Below are positions 1 to 10,539 of a DNA stretch of 64,000 nt, in pieces. The notes under the pieces are model-generated. The model worked only from the letters and a program-made list of their open reading frames with translations. It made no database searches and was not told the DNA's origin. The position numbers and the translations under genes are program-made. How positions within the stretch are numbered: position 1 is the first letter of the stretch; every line of letters starts with the position of its first letter. The stretch covers positions 50,257,903-50,321,902 of the forward strand of contig JARFYF010000119.1 in NCBI GenBank assembly GCA_030265395.1, given 5' to 3'. The DNA comes from Rhina ancylostomus. Lineage: Eukaryota.

Positions 1-432
1 ACATGTTTCTCCCCAGCCCTTAGCCTTCTCTATGGTAACAAGCTCAATGGACCAAATTGATAAGGGTGTAATAGGGTCTGTAGATTAACAACACAATCAT
101 TTATCATTTACCCGAATCTCTGGGTACACAAAGCAAGGCACACACTTTGGAAGAACGCCAAAGATGCAGAACTAAAATTAATAATAAAAATAATCAAATT
201 TCCACAATCTCATTAAATAGTAGTTTGACCATATGATGTAGCATTACCAAACTAGAAAACATTCCATACTTATTGGAGAGAACTCACAACTAGTGAAAAG
301 CCTCCCCTCACTCATAAATTGCAGCATTGCATTCTTTGACATTTCCAGACAACCAATAACGGTGCTTGGCTTGAAGAACATGCTTAATTGTTCAAGGTCT
401 CAATAACCAAGAAGCATTGTATATCCCAATGG

Positions 433-742
433 TCATAGACTCAAAGTCATAGATAGAGAAAACATAGAAACAGGCCATTTGGCCCACTAAGTCCGTGCTA
501 TCAACTGCCCACTTGCACTACATTAATCCCTTTTTTTTATTTGTCCCACATTCCCTTCAACTCCCCACCACTTTACCTACACAGCAGGGACAATTTACAG
601 TGGCCAATTTACAGTATCAATCTACATGTCTCCGGGATGTGGGGGGAAACCAGAGCACCCAGGGGAAGTCTATGTGGTCACAGGGAGAACATGCAAACTA
701 CACACAGACCGCACCCCAGGACAGGATTGAACCGAAGTCTCA
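433..742 (-). mobile_element. HE1-type V-SINE, decayed
   Basis: Reverse complement carries the V-domain (GTAGTTTGCATGTTCTCCCTGTGACC...GGGTGCTCTGGTTTCCCCCCACATCCC) and a CR1/HER1-like tail (GGGCCAAATGGCCTGTTTCTATG). Confidence 0.8.
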
Positions 743-1566
743 AGTAATTGTATTAAGGAGATGTGCTCCAGAAGGCAACTGCTATTCCAGATGTAGGATA
801 GTTTAGTAGTTCTGAAGTACTATAACTATAAGTTTGAATATGATATCAGTGGTGCTGCCTGAAACTGACTACTAAATATGGATTTGTAATGGTGGTGTGT
901 AATGTAATTGATGGCAAAAACTGTAATAATTTCTGAACATCAGAAAGGTGCTTTGAAACTCAGTGCCACTTGCAAATAAATGGTGCTAGCAGCCTCTTTT
1001 GTTAATCTCCAACTTTTCTTCTTAAATCAAATACTACAATTGTGAATGATTAGGCCAGACCAAATAAAAATGTTACTCAGCTGTGAAGCAAGATTCTTGT
1101 TCAAATGCTGCCTGATCTGACCTGTAGGACTTTGAATTGTATCACTATACTGCATCGATCCTTTGTTCAGGAATATTTCATGGTGTGTAATCTTTATAGG
1201 TATTACTACAGTTTTAGGGTTTGTGGAGGCAAGTGGTAAGAACAGTAATAAAGGTTATATTAATATGCATCTAAACATGACCAGTTCAGTCGATGAAATG
1301 AGCAGGAAGGGACCGTCATTTCAAGGTTATAATTCTTATGCGNNNNNNNNNNCTTAGCTAACCCTGCCATTCTCTAACTGCAGCCTTGAGTCTTAATGTA
1401 TGGAGCCCTTCCCAGCAACAGCTAAAACTTGTTAAATCTCCCAGCCTTCTTTATAAAACTACATCATCAGAGAAACCTCGGGTGCACAGTTGCCCTGAAC
1501 AACATGCATCAATAAGACTTTAATTTTGTTAAGCAGGAGGATAGACAGCAACAGCAACGAGCAGCT

Positions 1567-1716
1567 AACAAGAACACAGCAAAATAGGAGCAGGAGTAGG
1601 CCATCTGGGCCCTCAAGTCCTCTCTGCCATTCGATATGATTATGGCTGATCCATCCCAGGGCTCAACTCCTTCTCTGTGCCAAATGCCATAACCCTCAAT
1701 CACCCAATCTTTCAAG
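1567..1716 (-). mobile_element. CR1 LINE 3' UTR fragment
   Basis: Reverse complement GATCAGCCATAATCATATCGAATGGCAGAGAGG...ATGGCCTACTCCTGCTCCTATTT matches the CR1 3' end also seen at 41430-41830 and 43340-43418. Confidence 0.8.
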
Positions 1717-2015
1717 GAGAATCAAGAGGTACATCTGGATAAACAAATATAAACTAGGATGAATCTGCAAATCAGCTTCTGATAGCAAACAGATATGTTT
1801 TAAGCTGCCTTGCTCAATGCCTGAATGGTCCTGTACTCAATGGCCATTGTAACATATGTCCTTTACCTTGGCTACATAACCACTCCAATTATTTCTCACT
1901 GAGTACACAACACACTCTATAAAGCCTCCAGAGAAACAGGTTATCAATTTAAATATGTTACCTTATCCATCAACAATTGATCTTCTGAGAGCCCAATGCT
2001 TTCCAAGATTTAGAA

Positions 2016-2252
2016 GGCCGCACGGTAGCGTAGTGGTTAGCATCATGCTATTACAGCACCAGCAACCCGGGTTCGATTCCCGTCACTGTCTATAAGGAGT
2101 TTGTACATTCTCTCGTGTCTGCGTGGGTTTCCTCCAGGTGCTCCGGTTTCCTCCCACATTCCAAAGACGTACGGGTAAGTTAATTTGGGGTTTAAAATAG
2201 ACAGTGTAGACTCGTTAGGCCGGAAGGGCCTGTTACCACGCTGTTAATAAAA
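2016..2252 (+). mobile_element. tRNA-derived V-SINE, near full length, CR1/HER1-like tail
   Basis: Pol III A box TAGCGTAGTGG (2026-2036), B box GGTTCGATTCC (2070-2080), V-domain GTGGGTTTCCTCCAGGTGCTCCGGTTTCCTCCCACA, and tail GGCCGGAAGGGCCTGTT...AATAAA. Confidence 0.9.
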
Positions 2253-2434
2253 TTTATTTTTTTTTAAATTTTAATATCAGAATCGTGATAGAGTATTTTC
2301 CATTTGCATGGATTAATGCACCTCCAAGGAGATTCAAAAAGCTCAATACTGTCCATGAGAAAGCACTCATGCATCACCCTAAATATTCATGCCATCAGCA
2401 AAATGCACATCAGATACTCACCTAAATTATTTTT

Positions 2435-3063
2435 GCAGCACTTTGTGCAATTCTGGTCACCTCACTATAGGAAGGATGTCGAGGCTTTAGAGAGGGTGCA
2501 GAGGAGGTTTACTAGGACGCTGCCCAGATTAGAGGGCATGTGCTATCAGGAGAGGCTCATCAAACTCGGGATCTTTTCTCCAGAGTGGCAGAGGCTGAGG
2601 GGTGATCTGTTGGAAGTGTATAAAATTATGAGGGGCATAGATAGGGGGGACAAGCAATATCTTTTAACCATTATTGAGTGATCCAATACCAGAAGGCATC
2701 CATTTAAGGTGGGGGGGGTAGGTTCAGAACAGACATCAGGGCTAGGTTTTTTACTGAGAGAGTGGCGGATGCCTGGAATGCATTGCCTGATAGGGTGGGG
2801 GGAGCAAATTCCTTGGGNNNNNNNNNNNNNNNNNNNNNNNNNNNNNNNNNNNNNNNNNNNNNNNNNNNNNNNNNNNNNNNNNNNNNNNNNNNNNNNNNNN
2901 NNNNNNNNNNNNNNNNNGGGGGCTTTTAAGAGGGGCTTCGATGTGCACATGAATGAGAGGAAAATAGGTGGATACGGGCATTCTGTAGGAAGATGGGAAT
3001 AGCTATGTCGGCACGACATTGTGGACCGAAGGGCCTGTTCTATGCTGTACTGTTCTATGTTCT
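2435..3063 (+). mobile_element. HER1/CR1 LINE 3' fragment (ORF2 C-terminus + 3' UTR), spans a gap
   Basis: Translates [24 protein letters not shown]...RLRGDLLEVYKIMRGIDR. Ends GGACCGAAGGGCCTGTT...TGTTCTATGTTC. Confidence 0.95.
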
Positions 3064-3114
3064 CAAACCCATGATCTCTACTAATTGATGTATAGGCACT
3101 CCACCACCAGGCTA

Positions 3115-3330
3115 ACTCTCCAAATCACACCCCATCCCGACTTGGAAACATATCATCATTCCTTCATCATTACTGGTTCTTAATCCTGGAACTCCCTACC
3201 AAACAGCACGGTGGGAGTGCCTTCACAAGAAGGACTGCAGCGGTTCAAGGAGGTTGCTCACGACTAACTTTTCAGCACTAATTATGGATGGGCATTAAAT
3301 ACGGGCCTTGCCATTGGTGCCCACATTTCA
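3115..3330 (+). mobile_element. 3' end of a second, older LINE family (CR1/L2 group)
   Basis: ATCCTGGAACTCCCTACCAAACAGCAC...GGACTGCAGCGGTTCAAGG...GGATGGGCA...GGCCTTGCCA...GCCCACAT. The same end recurs at 25200-25400 (+), 43440-43790 (-) and 49350-49530 (-). Confidence 0.75.
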
Positions 3331-3744
3331 AAAATATTCCAAAGATGACCCTTTGTGCACAAAGCTCAGTTAACGAGTGCAGTTACAAAAAGTTATCCCT
3401 CATCTGCTGCCTGGTATGTGTCACAGCTGAAGTGAAGTATTCCATTGCACCCATCTCTCACACATTGCTGTTAACTTTTATTAAGATCTGCCAACCAAAC
3501 AGAAGTATTCTTCCCACCACATCTCATGCAGCAGAAGAATTAATCCTCAATTCTTCTCTTAACGTAGGATCTCTGCACAGAGACAATGAAGAAAACGTTC
3601 TTTCCATGAGGAACACCCCAGTTCCAAACCTCCAGTCTTGGTCTGATTGTGGACACAAGAACTGAATTCCAAAGATAGAGTGACTGCCCTCACTTTCTCT
3701 GCACTCTTTGACAAAATGTGGCACCAAGACATTATTTCATTGAA

Positions 3745-3835
3745 TGACCTGAAATATTAACTCTATTCCTCTCTCTGCATGCTGCCTGATCTACTGATTA
3801 TTTTCTTGTTTTGTTTCAGATTTCAAGCAGCTGCA
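3745..3835 (+). mobile_element. Penelope-type terminal repeat fragment
   Basis: GACCTGAAATATTAACTCT...GCTGCCTGATCTACTGA...TTTCAGATTTCAAGCAGCTGCAG; same family as 7935-8040 and 16930-17020. Confidence 0.55.
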
Positions 3836-4349
3836 GGTATTTTATTGATTTTCATGTACTGGAACGTTCTCCACTTGTAAGTTGTACAGCTGCAATAACA
3901 CTAGCAACCTAATATCCTGCAGAAAAAAGTATCAAGAAGTACTTGAGCATCAAATCATCTACTCGCCTAATCAGCTGTGCTCTCCAGCACGGTTGTACCA
4001 CAGTACCATGTGATATGATTCTCTGCAGCAGTTCCCCAAGCCTTTTTTGGCAATGCATTCCTAACCCATGAACTCCATGACCCAGAAATACATGAAGTGA
4101 ATGGGAAGCTCAAACATCATTCAAGATAAAGCAGTCCAATTTTACCACATTCACCATCTTTTGCACTTCCTCTCTCCACAATCAGTATAATATGGCTACA
4201 ATGTGCACCAATCAAATATTCACTGGAGTAACTCTTCACAGTCTCTTTGACAGAAGCTCTATAATCCATGACTGCTGCCACCTGGAAGGAAAAGGTCAAC
4301 ATCCCCATGTGAGCATTGTCACGTCCAACTTCCCTTCGAAGTCACACAC

Positions 4350-5150
4350 CTTCTCGATTACAAATAAATCCTCCTCCTGCTCATACCACTGTTGTGGTGC
4401 TGCAGGCAAGGACTCTGGCCACATAATGCAAGGGACTCTCTCTGGTGTGTACTGCGGTGCACCTTCAGCTGCTCCAGTCATCTGAGCCTTTTTTTTAAGG
4501 ACATTGTCTGTTTTCTCTGCAATGTTTCTGCTTGCTCCGTGGCTCTTATTGTGGGAATTGCTGCCAAAAGCTGGTGTGGTGTCTGAAGGCTGGTGAGCAC
4601 AACAGACTGCCCAAGAAAAAAATGTGTCACATGAGCTCTCTGGGTACATGCTATTTGCCGTTATTATTCTGTCAGTGTCTCAGATTAGTTTTCATTCAGT
4701 GAATTAAACTCCTTTGTAACATGTAACATGCAGGGGATCCTTCATGGCTTTTTCCTGCCAAATCCTAAACCACAGAGAAGGTGATTTCCCTGCAGATCCA
4801 CATGCTTGTGCTGCCTGTTCTTCCTGCCCCAGAAGAAAGGGATAAATTTGCCTCCTCTTTCAGAATGAAACTTTGTGATGTCACATTATAGTCATCGGCT
4901 GCAAACTGCGGCTGATCTCTGCCACGAAAATCAGCCACGACACAAAGAACTCCTGTGACCATCACTGCCACAACCAGAAAGGTCCAGGCACAGCCTTATG
5001 ATGCAGTGACCTTGATGCAAGATGCCAGTGACGTTGGAGAATCTTAGCTTCTAGACATATTGGATTACTGTGAGGTAGACACACAGCATTTGAAGTGACT
5101 CATGGAGGACATGCCTCCTGGAAGATGTTCTTCTCTCCTCCTTCCTATGG
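4350..5150 (-). pseudogene. Decayed PIF/Harbinger (HARBI1-like) DDE transposase
   Basis: Frameshifted minus-strand pieces align in order with HARBI1-family motifs: KLRFS; TFLVVAVMVTGVL (~TALPVAVKVTAAL); QFAA; KFIPF..EQAAQACG; EFNSLN..LI*D..IITANSMYPESSCD (~GFHSLNVQLVCD..RYPGSSHD); HNKSHGASRNIAEKTDNVLK (~YNxSHxxTRxxIExxIGxLK); GAPQYTPERV (~GALQYxPERV). Confidence 0.8.
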
Positions 5151-6627
5151 CCTCCACTGGCAGGTTGTCTTGGTTTCAGGCCCTCTCCTATACATAATTG
5201 TGCTAAACTCCCAGCAGGAACACAACCAGAACATTAGTTTTTGCAACTGAGGTCAACAGGTCAGAAAATCAATTTGCTAAGCAATTCGCAGCACTTCAAT
5301 TATTTATTTTTTTTAAATGTGCTTGTTTACTGTCCTTCTCAATTTATTTGTGCCTTGCCCTGATCCCTATTTATGGGGATAAGATTAGAATAACATTTAT
5401 TGCTACAAAAATTGAGTTCTTCACCTGTTCCTATGCTGATTTATTCTGTTAGATGCTTTATGATATTCCTAAATATGTACCATGAAAAACAAGCAAGAAA
5501 AAAGTTAATATTATTATTGCCAAAATAATTTAATAGTTGATCTTAAAGAGCTGTATGGTCTGAACTGGAAGCAATGTTACTACTTTAACACAACACTCAA
5601 CAGCAGTAAAAGAAAATCTCCAAATTCTTGTTCACAGGCTCCTGCATCAATTATATTTGTTGTTCCTTTAACTTCTGCTCACTTTTTTATTGAACCTTGA
5701 CTTGCCCTATTCATTTCCACAAAAGTAGTTGTTATGGAAGATTACAGACCATATTTGCCCGTCAAGAAAATAATGAGGCCAATGCACAAATGATACTACG
5801 ACTTTAGACAAGGAGTAAATGCAAGTTATTGCAAAATTCCATGCTGCTCTGTCATTATCTTCATGAAATTAGCATCTTACCATCTGTCTCACTGTTGAAA
5901 TGCATTGAAAGGCTTGAAGTTGCTGTAATTGTTTAGTGGGTATAAACACTTGCCACAAAAAGTTAAGTCAAGTTATTGCAAGTCTAAGTACCATTTTAAC
6001 AATGTGATGAGTGCTAATTACTGCCAATCAACCTCACTGGCATAAGATTTAACTGCTAAAAATGTGCAGCCTCATTATTTAAAGTTTTAGTTCTGTTGGA
6101 GCTTTTATCAAAGTAATTTTTAAAAACTTTATCTTTCCATCTTTCTTCTCTGTTTTAACCTAATGTACCTTACATTCTAGATGGTTTATCTCCCTCTGAC
6201 AATGTCTGCTTACACATCCAGCGACTTATCACTTCGTGCACAACGGGGGAATCTAATAAACAGCTGCCCTGGGTGAACAAATCAAGTATCATTGCAAAGA
6301 AGCTTTACATGATCCCATGGAAGTGAAAGCAATATTTTGAGACTGAAGGCTTGAAATAGGATGTGCTGAGCCACAGCACAGGAGAGAACTAAACATTGGG
6401 TTGTGAGGATTCTGCAGCTTATTGTTGTTGACAGTTCTGTGTCATAAGGGTATTCCTTATCATCAGTTTTATGACAGAATTGAGGTTTGCATCATTATTT
6501 CCGATGCGTCTGCTGTTACCTTACTTACCACTGGATTTATTAGAGAGAAAGAGTTCAGGTGGCCTCTTGTGTGTAAAATAAACCATCTAAAACTATCATT
6601 CAGAAGGAGAGTCACACTGAACATTAA

Positions 6628-6790
6628 AAGAAGGAACTTTTATTTAACATCCTCAGGACATTTCAACTCAGTACTTTTGAAGTATAATCACTGTTGGGAA
6701 GGTGGGAAAGCAGAGCAGCCAATTTTTATAGAACCAAGTCCAACAAGCATCAATGAGAAATTGATCAAATAAACTGTTTTTAATCCGGTT
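6628..6790 (-). mobile_element. Deu-domain SINE (SacSINE1/AmnSINE-like) 3' part, decayed
   Basis: Reverse complement AAATTGGCTGCTCTGCTTTCCCACC...ACAGTGATTATACTTCAAAAGTACT...TGTCCTGAGG. Related pieces lie at ~7190-7580. Confidence 0.6.
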
Positions 6791-6865
6791 CACTGGGGAG
6801 GAGATCTTGGCTGAGGTACAGCCCAGTGGTTTGGGTTTGTTCCTGGTCAGTAACAGTAGAGTTGC

Positions 6866-7122
6866 TACATGTACAGGCGGATATCAGAGGTAAGTTTTTT
6901 TACACAGGGAGAGGTTGGTGTGTGGAACACCCTGCTGGGAGTGCTTGTAGAGACAGATACATTAAGGACATTTAAGAGACTCTTAGATAGGCGCATGGAT
7001 GATAGAAAAATGGAGGGGTATGTGGGAGGGAAGGGTTAGATTGATCATAGAGTAGCTTAAAAGGTCAGCACAACATTGTGGGCCAAAGGGCCCGCACAGT
7101 GCTGTAATGTTCTATGTTCTAT
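6866..7122 (+). mobile_element. HER1/CR1 LINE 3' end
   Basis: GATATCAGAGGTAAGTTTTTTTACACAG...GGACATTTAAGAGACTCTTAGATAGG...GGGCCAAAGGGCC...TGTTCTATGTTCTATG tail. Confidence 0.92.
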
Positions 7123-7640
7123 GGGAGTAGGACATAGTGTAGCTGCTTTGACCAGGGGTAAATTTCTAGGTGAGGATCTCTATTTCCAGTAAAGAGGAAA
7201 TGGAGATTCAGAAGCTGTCACTTTCAGCAATAGAGCATTCATGCAATACTGTTTCATTCTCAATAATCTGCTGAAGTATTTGGAGTGGGACTCCAACCCA
7301 AAGCAAGACTGACGGAGTGGCATAAATTAACTGATTTGGATTCTCTTCTTATGTGTAAGGCAAGTGCATTGTTTGCCAATCTCTGTCAAAGGACCATATC
7401 CTCAGGACATGCTTCAGTACTATTGAGATAGTTTTCGTTGTGGTGCAGGGAAACAAGGTGTGGCAAATTGAACACAACAGGCCTCTATAAGTACAGAAAG
7501 ATATATGCTGAGAAAATTGACAATTTTCAAAAAAAAATGTTGGCTAGTTAACTTTCTTAGGTTTCTGAAATAATACCTCATCCAACAAGCAGCAGTACTG
7601 AAGTGTCAATCACTTTTTCTTCTTCAGGTTTCTGTAGAAG

Positions 7641-7740
7641 TGTCATGGATCTGAGTTCTGGCCCTCAATTTGGCTCCTTTAATGCCTTGTTGTCCAGCAC
7701 ATGGATTCCATCCTGGACTGATTACATAATGACACACACC
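7641..7740 (+). mobile_element. Solo-LTR-like element, 5' part (runs into gap)
   Basis: Starts TGTCATGG and is colinear with 9543-9642. Confidence 0.75.
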
Positions 7741-7859
7741 NNNNNNNNNNNNNNNNNNNNNNNNNNNNNNNNNNNNNNNNNNNNNNNNNNNNNNNNNNNN
7801 NNNNNNNNNNNNNNNNNNNNNNNNNNNNNNNNNNNNNNNNTGAAGATGACAGGAGTTCT

Positions 7860-8250
7860 GTGAGACCCTCTCTCACTGCTCCTCCTCTGAGATTTCAGCT
7901 GCTCTCCAACCCTTTGACCATGTGCTTACCCTGACTAACATCAACTGTTCATTTTAATCCATAGATGCTGCCTGACCTGCTGAGTTCCTCTAGCAGTTTG
8001 TTTTTTGTGCTGGATTCCAGCATCTGCAGTCTCTTGTGTCACTTCAGAATTTGCAATTGAGAACTGAAGCGGTATGCAATGGGAAGCTCACAACTATGCA
8101 TACAGTCCTTTGTTTTGCACCTCATTCCTCCCCCCTGATGGTTTGAAAACTGTAACCCACTCCCCTCTTCTGTAACCTCATTCCAATTCTGAGGAAGGGT
8201 CCCTGACCCAAAACATTTGCTGGTTGCTCTTTCCATAGATACTTCTTCCA
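7860..8250 (+). mobile_element. Penelope-type terminal repeats with hammerhead-like core
   Basis: CCATAGATGCTGCCTGACCTGCTGAGTTCCTCTAGCAG...TTCCAGCATCTGCAGTC at 7960-8035. CTGAGGA-A-GGGTC-CCT-GACCC-AAAAC at 8189-8214. Confidence 0.65.
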
Positions 8251-8409
8251 CCACTTTCTGCAGAATTCAGCAAAGGGAATATCACTGGATCAAGCTGGGT
8301 AACAAAATACTGAAAACAAAGTAATTCACAGCAATGGTTTCACATTCAGTTTGCATTCAGTGAGGAAATCAGACTTCTCAATCTTTGTCAGTTGTTGGTG
8401 CTGAATCAA

Positions 8410-8710
8410 GTGTCAGCCGTAGCTCAGTCCTTCGTGCTCTCAACTCGTGGGTTAGAGGACAAGGTTTGTTCCTGAAACTTTACTCTGATTCCCTGCAACC
8501 AGTGAGCATACTTCAGAGCAGTCCACTGCCTGTAATCACTTGGGATGTTCTGAGATCAAGGAAAGTACAATTTGAGAAGAATTTTATTTCCTTTTCCTTC
8601 CTTGCCTTTGAGGGTGGCTCTGTCTATGAGAGACATAAAAAGCAGATGACGCTTGTTATCCTTGACTGGTGGCCGACAGTTTGCTCCAGTGACATCCTGA
8701 TCTTCCTCAC
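8410..8710 (+). mobile_element. Highly decayed tRNA-derived Deu-type SINE
   Basis: Begins GTGTCAGCCGTAGCTCAGT, resembling a SacSINE1 head; the remainder is diverged. Confidence 0.4.
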
Positions 8711-9289
8711 TCGACTGATTGATGTTCAACCTACAGATTGAATGTGGGAGTAAACCATCTCCTTGATTAGTTTTAAATAGAATCACATTGTTCTGAATCT
8801 GTTAAACTCTATGAAGATTTTTTTGATATTACTTATCTTCAACTTTAATATTGTTATTTAGAATTGGCTCGGATCATCCTGATTTTTACTTTCCACCAAA
8901 AAATCATGGTGAAAATAGGTTGAAGAAGCAAGACAGAGGCTCTCAAGCTACATCCATTTTGTATTTTCTGAGATCTCACTCTCCGGTTAACGGTATCCAA
9001 AGAAATGGGGAACATAACAAAGAAAACACACTTTCCCAAAATGACAAGAATACCACAACATGAGATAGATGGACAAAGTCATTGTCACCCACCTGTTTGA
9101 AACTGGCTGTGAGTCCATGAGAGAATTCTGTGTGTTTGAATGGATGTTCCAGTGATTATTCAGTTTTACATTATGAGTTTTGACTGCATTTACATAGCAC
9201 CTCTGGGCATAATATTCCAAGCCATACCACATAAAAATGGTTTGGTGTCATTCATGGTAAAAGTGAACTGTTGTATAAAAGCAAAGAAA

Positions 9290-9490
9290 TTGGAAGCAAC
9301 AATGAACACAAATAGGGTTAATATTTCCAGTCAATAACATTTCATAAGAATTCAATGTGGAAGCAGAAAGTACTGATGCAGGACCATTGAACTATAATGT
9401 TACCTGTTTCTCTTCTTTGACCTGCTGAGTATTTCCAGCATTTTCTGTTGTTATTCCTAATTCTTGGCATCTGCAATTGTTTGCTTTTCA
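9290..9490. mobile_element. Penelope-type terminal repeat, decayed inverted arrangement
   Basis: CTGATGCAGG...TGACCTGCTGAGTATTTCCAGCATTTTCTG...GCATCTGCA, preceded by a decayed reverse copy. Confidence 0.55.
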
Positions 9491-9542
9491 AGCATTAGAG
9501 ATAGAGCATGTTCATGGCAGTTAAGCAGATAGTGAACACAAG

Positions 9543-9949
9543 TGTCATGGTTCTGAGTATTGGCCCTTGATTTGGCTCCTGAAATGCCTTGTTGCACAGC
9601 ACATGGATTCCATGCTGGACTGATTAGATAATGAAACACACCTGAGCCCCATCAGGGGCCTAGCATAAGTACATGGGTTTCTCCAGCACTAGTTGCTAGA
9701 GTATTGGTCAATTTTTGGGTATACTTTGGTTTCTGGTTGCTTGAGTGTGCTACTCTAGAGGAGTCCTGTGTTCTCTATTCCTGTTTGAAGGTTCAGTTCG
9801 TGTTGGGATTCCTGCTCAGATCTCCGAGGCAAGATTCCTTCCAGTTGCTGCCGGTATTTGGGCCTGAGGAAGTATCCTGACTCCAGTCTTGTATCGGTGT
9901 GCTGTATTTGGGTTCTCTGTGAGCTTGCTCTTTGCTCAACATTGTGACA
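9543..9949 (+). mobile_element. Complete solo-LTR-like element (~407 bp, Gypsy-type termini)
   Basis: Termini TGTCA...TGACA. Flanks ACAAG / AGAAG (possible 5-bp TSD with 1 mismatch). Internal CACACCTG, TATA-like CATAAGTA and 3' CTGTATTTGGGTTC. Four more copies occur in the window. Confidence 0.75.
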
Positions 9950-10019
9950 AGAAGTTTCCAACCCTTGACCTTATTTGAGATAAGAGCAGAACCAAGGCTA
10001 CTACCTTATACATGAACTA

Positions 10020-10380
10020 GGTGCAGGAACAACCCACTTAATATCCTTGAGACTATTCTAGTATTTAATAAGATTTAGGCTGATCTGATTGAGAGCTAAA
10101 GTCTGCATTCTAATCTACTGATGGTAACCTTTCCCTTCCCACTCCCTGGATTTCCCATATCTGCTTCAAAAATATTCAAAGTCTCAGCTTGTATTGGCCT
10201 TTGAGGAAGAACCTTCCAATAACTCTGTGGGAGAAAGTATTTTGCCCCAGCTTTGTCTATAATGGGGAACCCCTTATTTTTGATTGGTGACCCTGATTCT
10301 AGGTTCTTCCCAAGAGGAAACATTTGTGCCACATTCAGTCTGTCAATACTCCTTAAGATCTTAAATATTTCAAGTCATCT
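10020..10380 (-). mobile_element. Old CR1 LINE 3' fragment
   Basis: Diverged reverse copy of the CR1 ORF2 end/3' UTR (MFPLGKNLES...). Confidence 0.6.
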
Positions 10381-10464
10381 CTTTTTTTTAATGTGGGCAT
10401 TAAATTTTCCTTGAATAATTACAGGCATTCCCAAGGATATGACACAGAGTTCTGTTCCTCAGAA

Positions 10465-10539
10465 ATCCTTTCCCTCACTCTGTTTAGGTTCCTTTCCTCA
10501 TAAGTTGGAAAGAAACATAAACAGAGTGAGGGAACGGAT
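10465..10539. repeat. Near-perfect inverted repeat (33-bp stem, 9-nt loop)
   Basis: TTCCCTCACTCTGTTTAGGTTCCTTTCC (10470-10497), loop TCATAAGTT, GGAAAGAAACATAAACAGAGTGAGGGAA (10507-10534). Extends with ATCC/GGAT; 3 mismatches in total. Confidence 0.95.

Noticed and set aside
2016-2090. tRNA gene (A and B boxes present)
   Set aside because: It runs directly into the V-domain and a LINE tail, so it is a SINE head.
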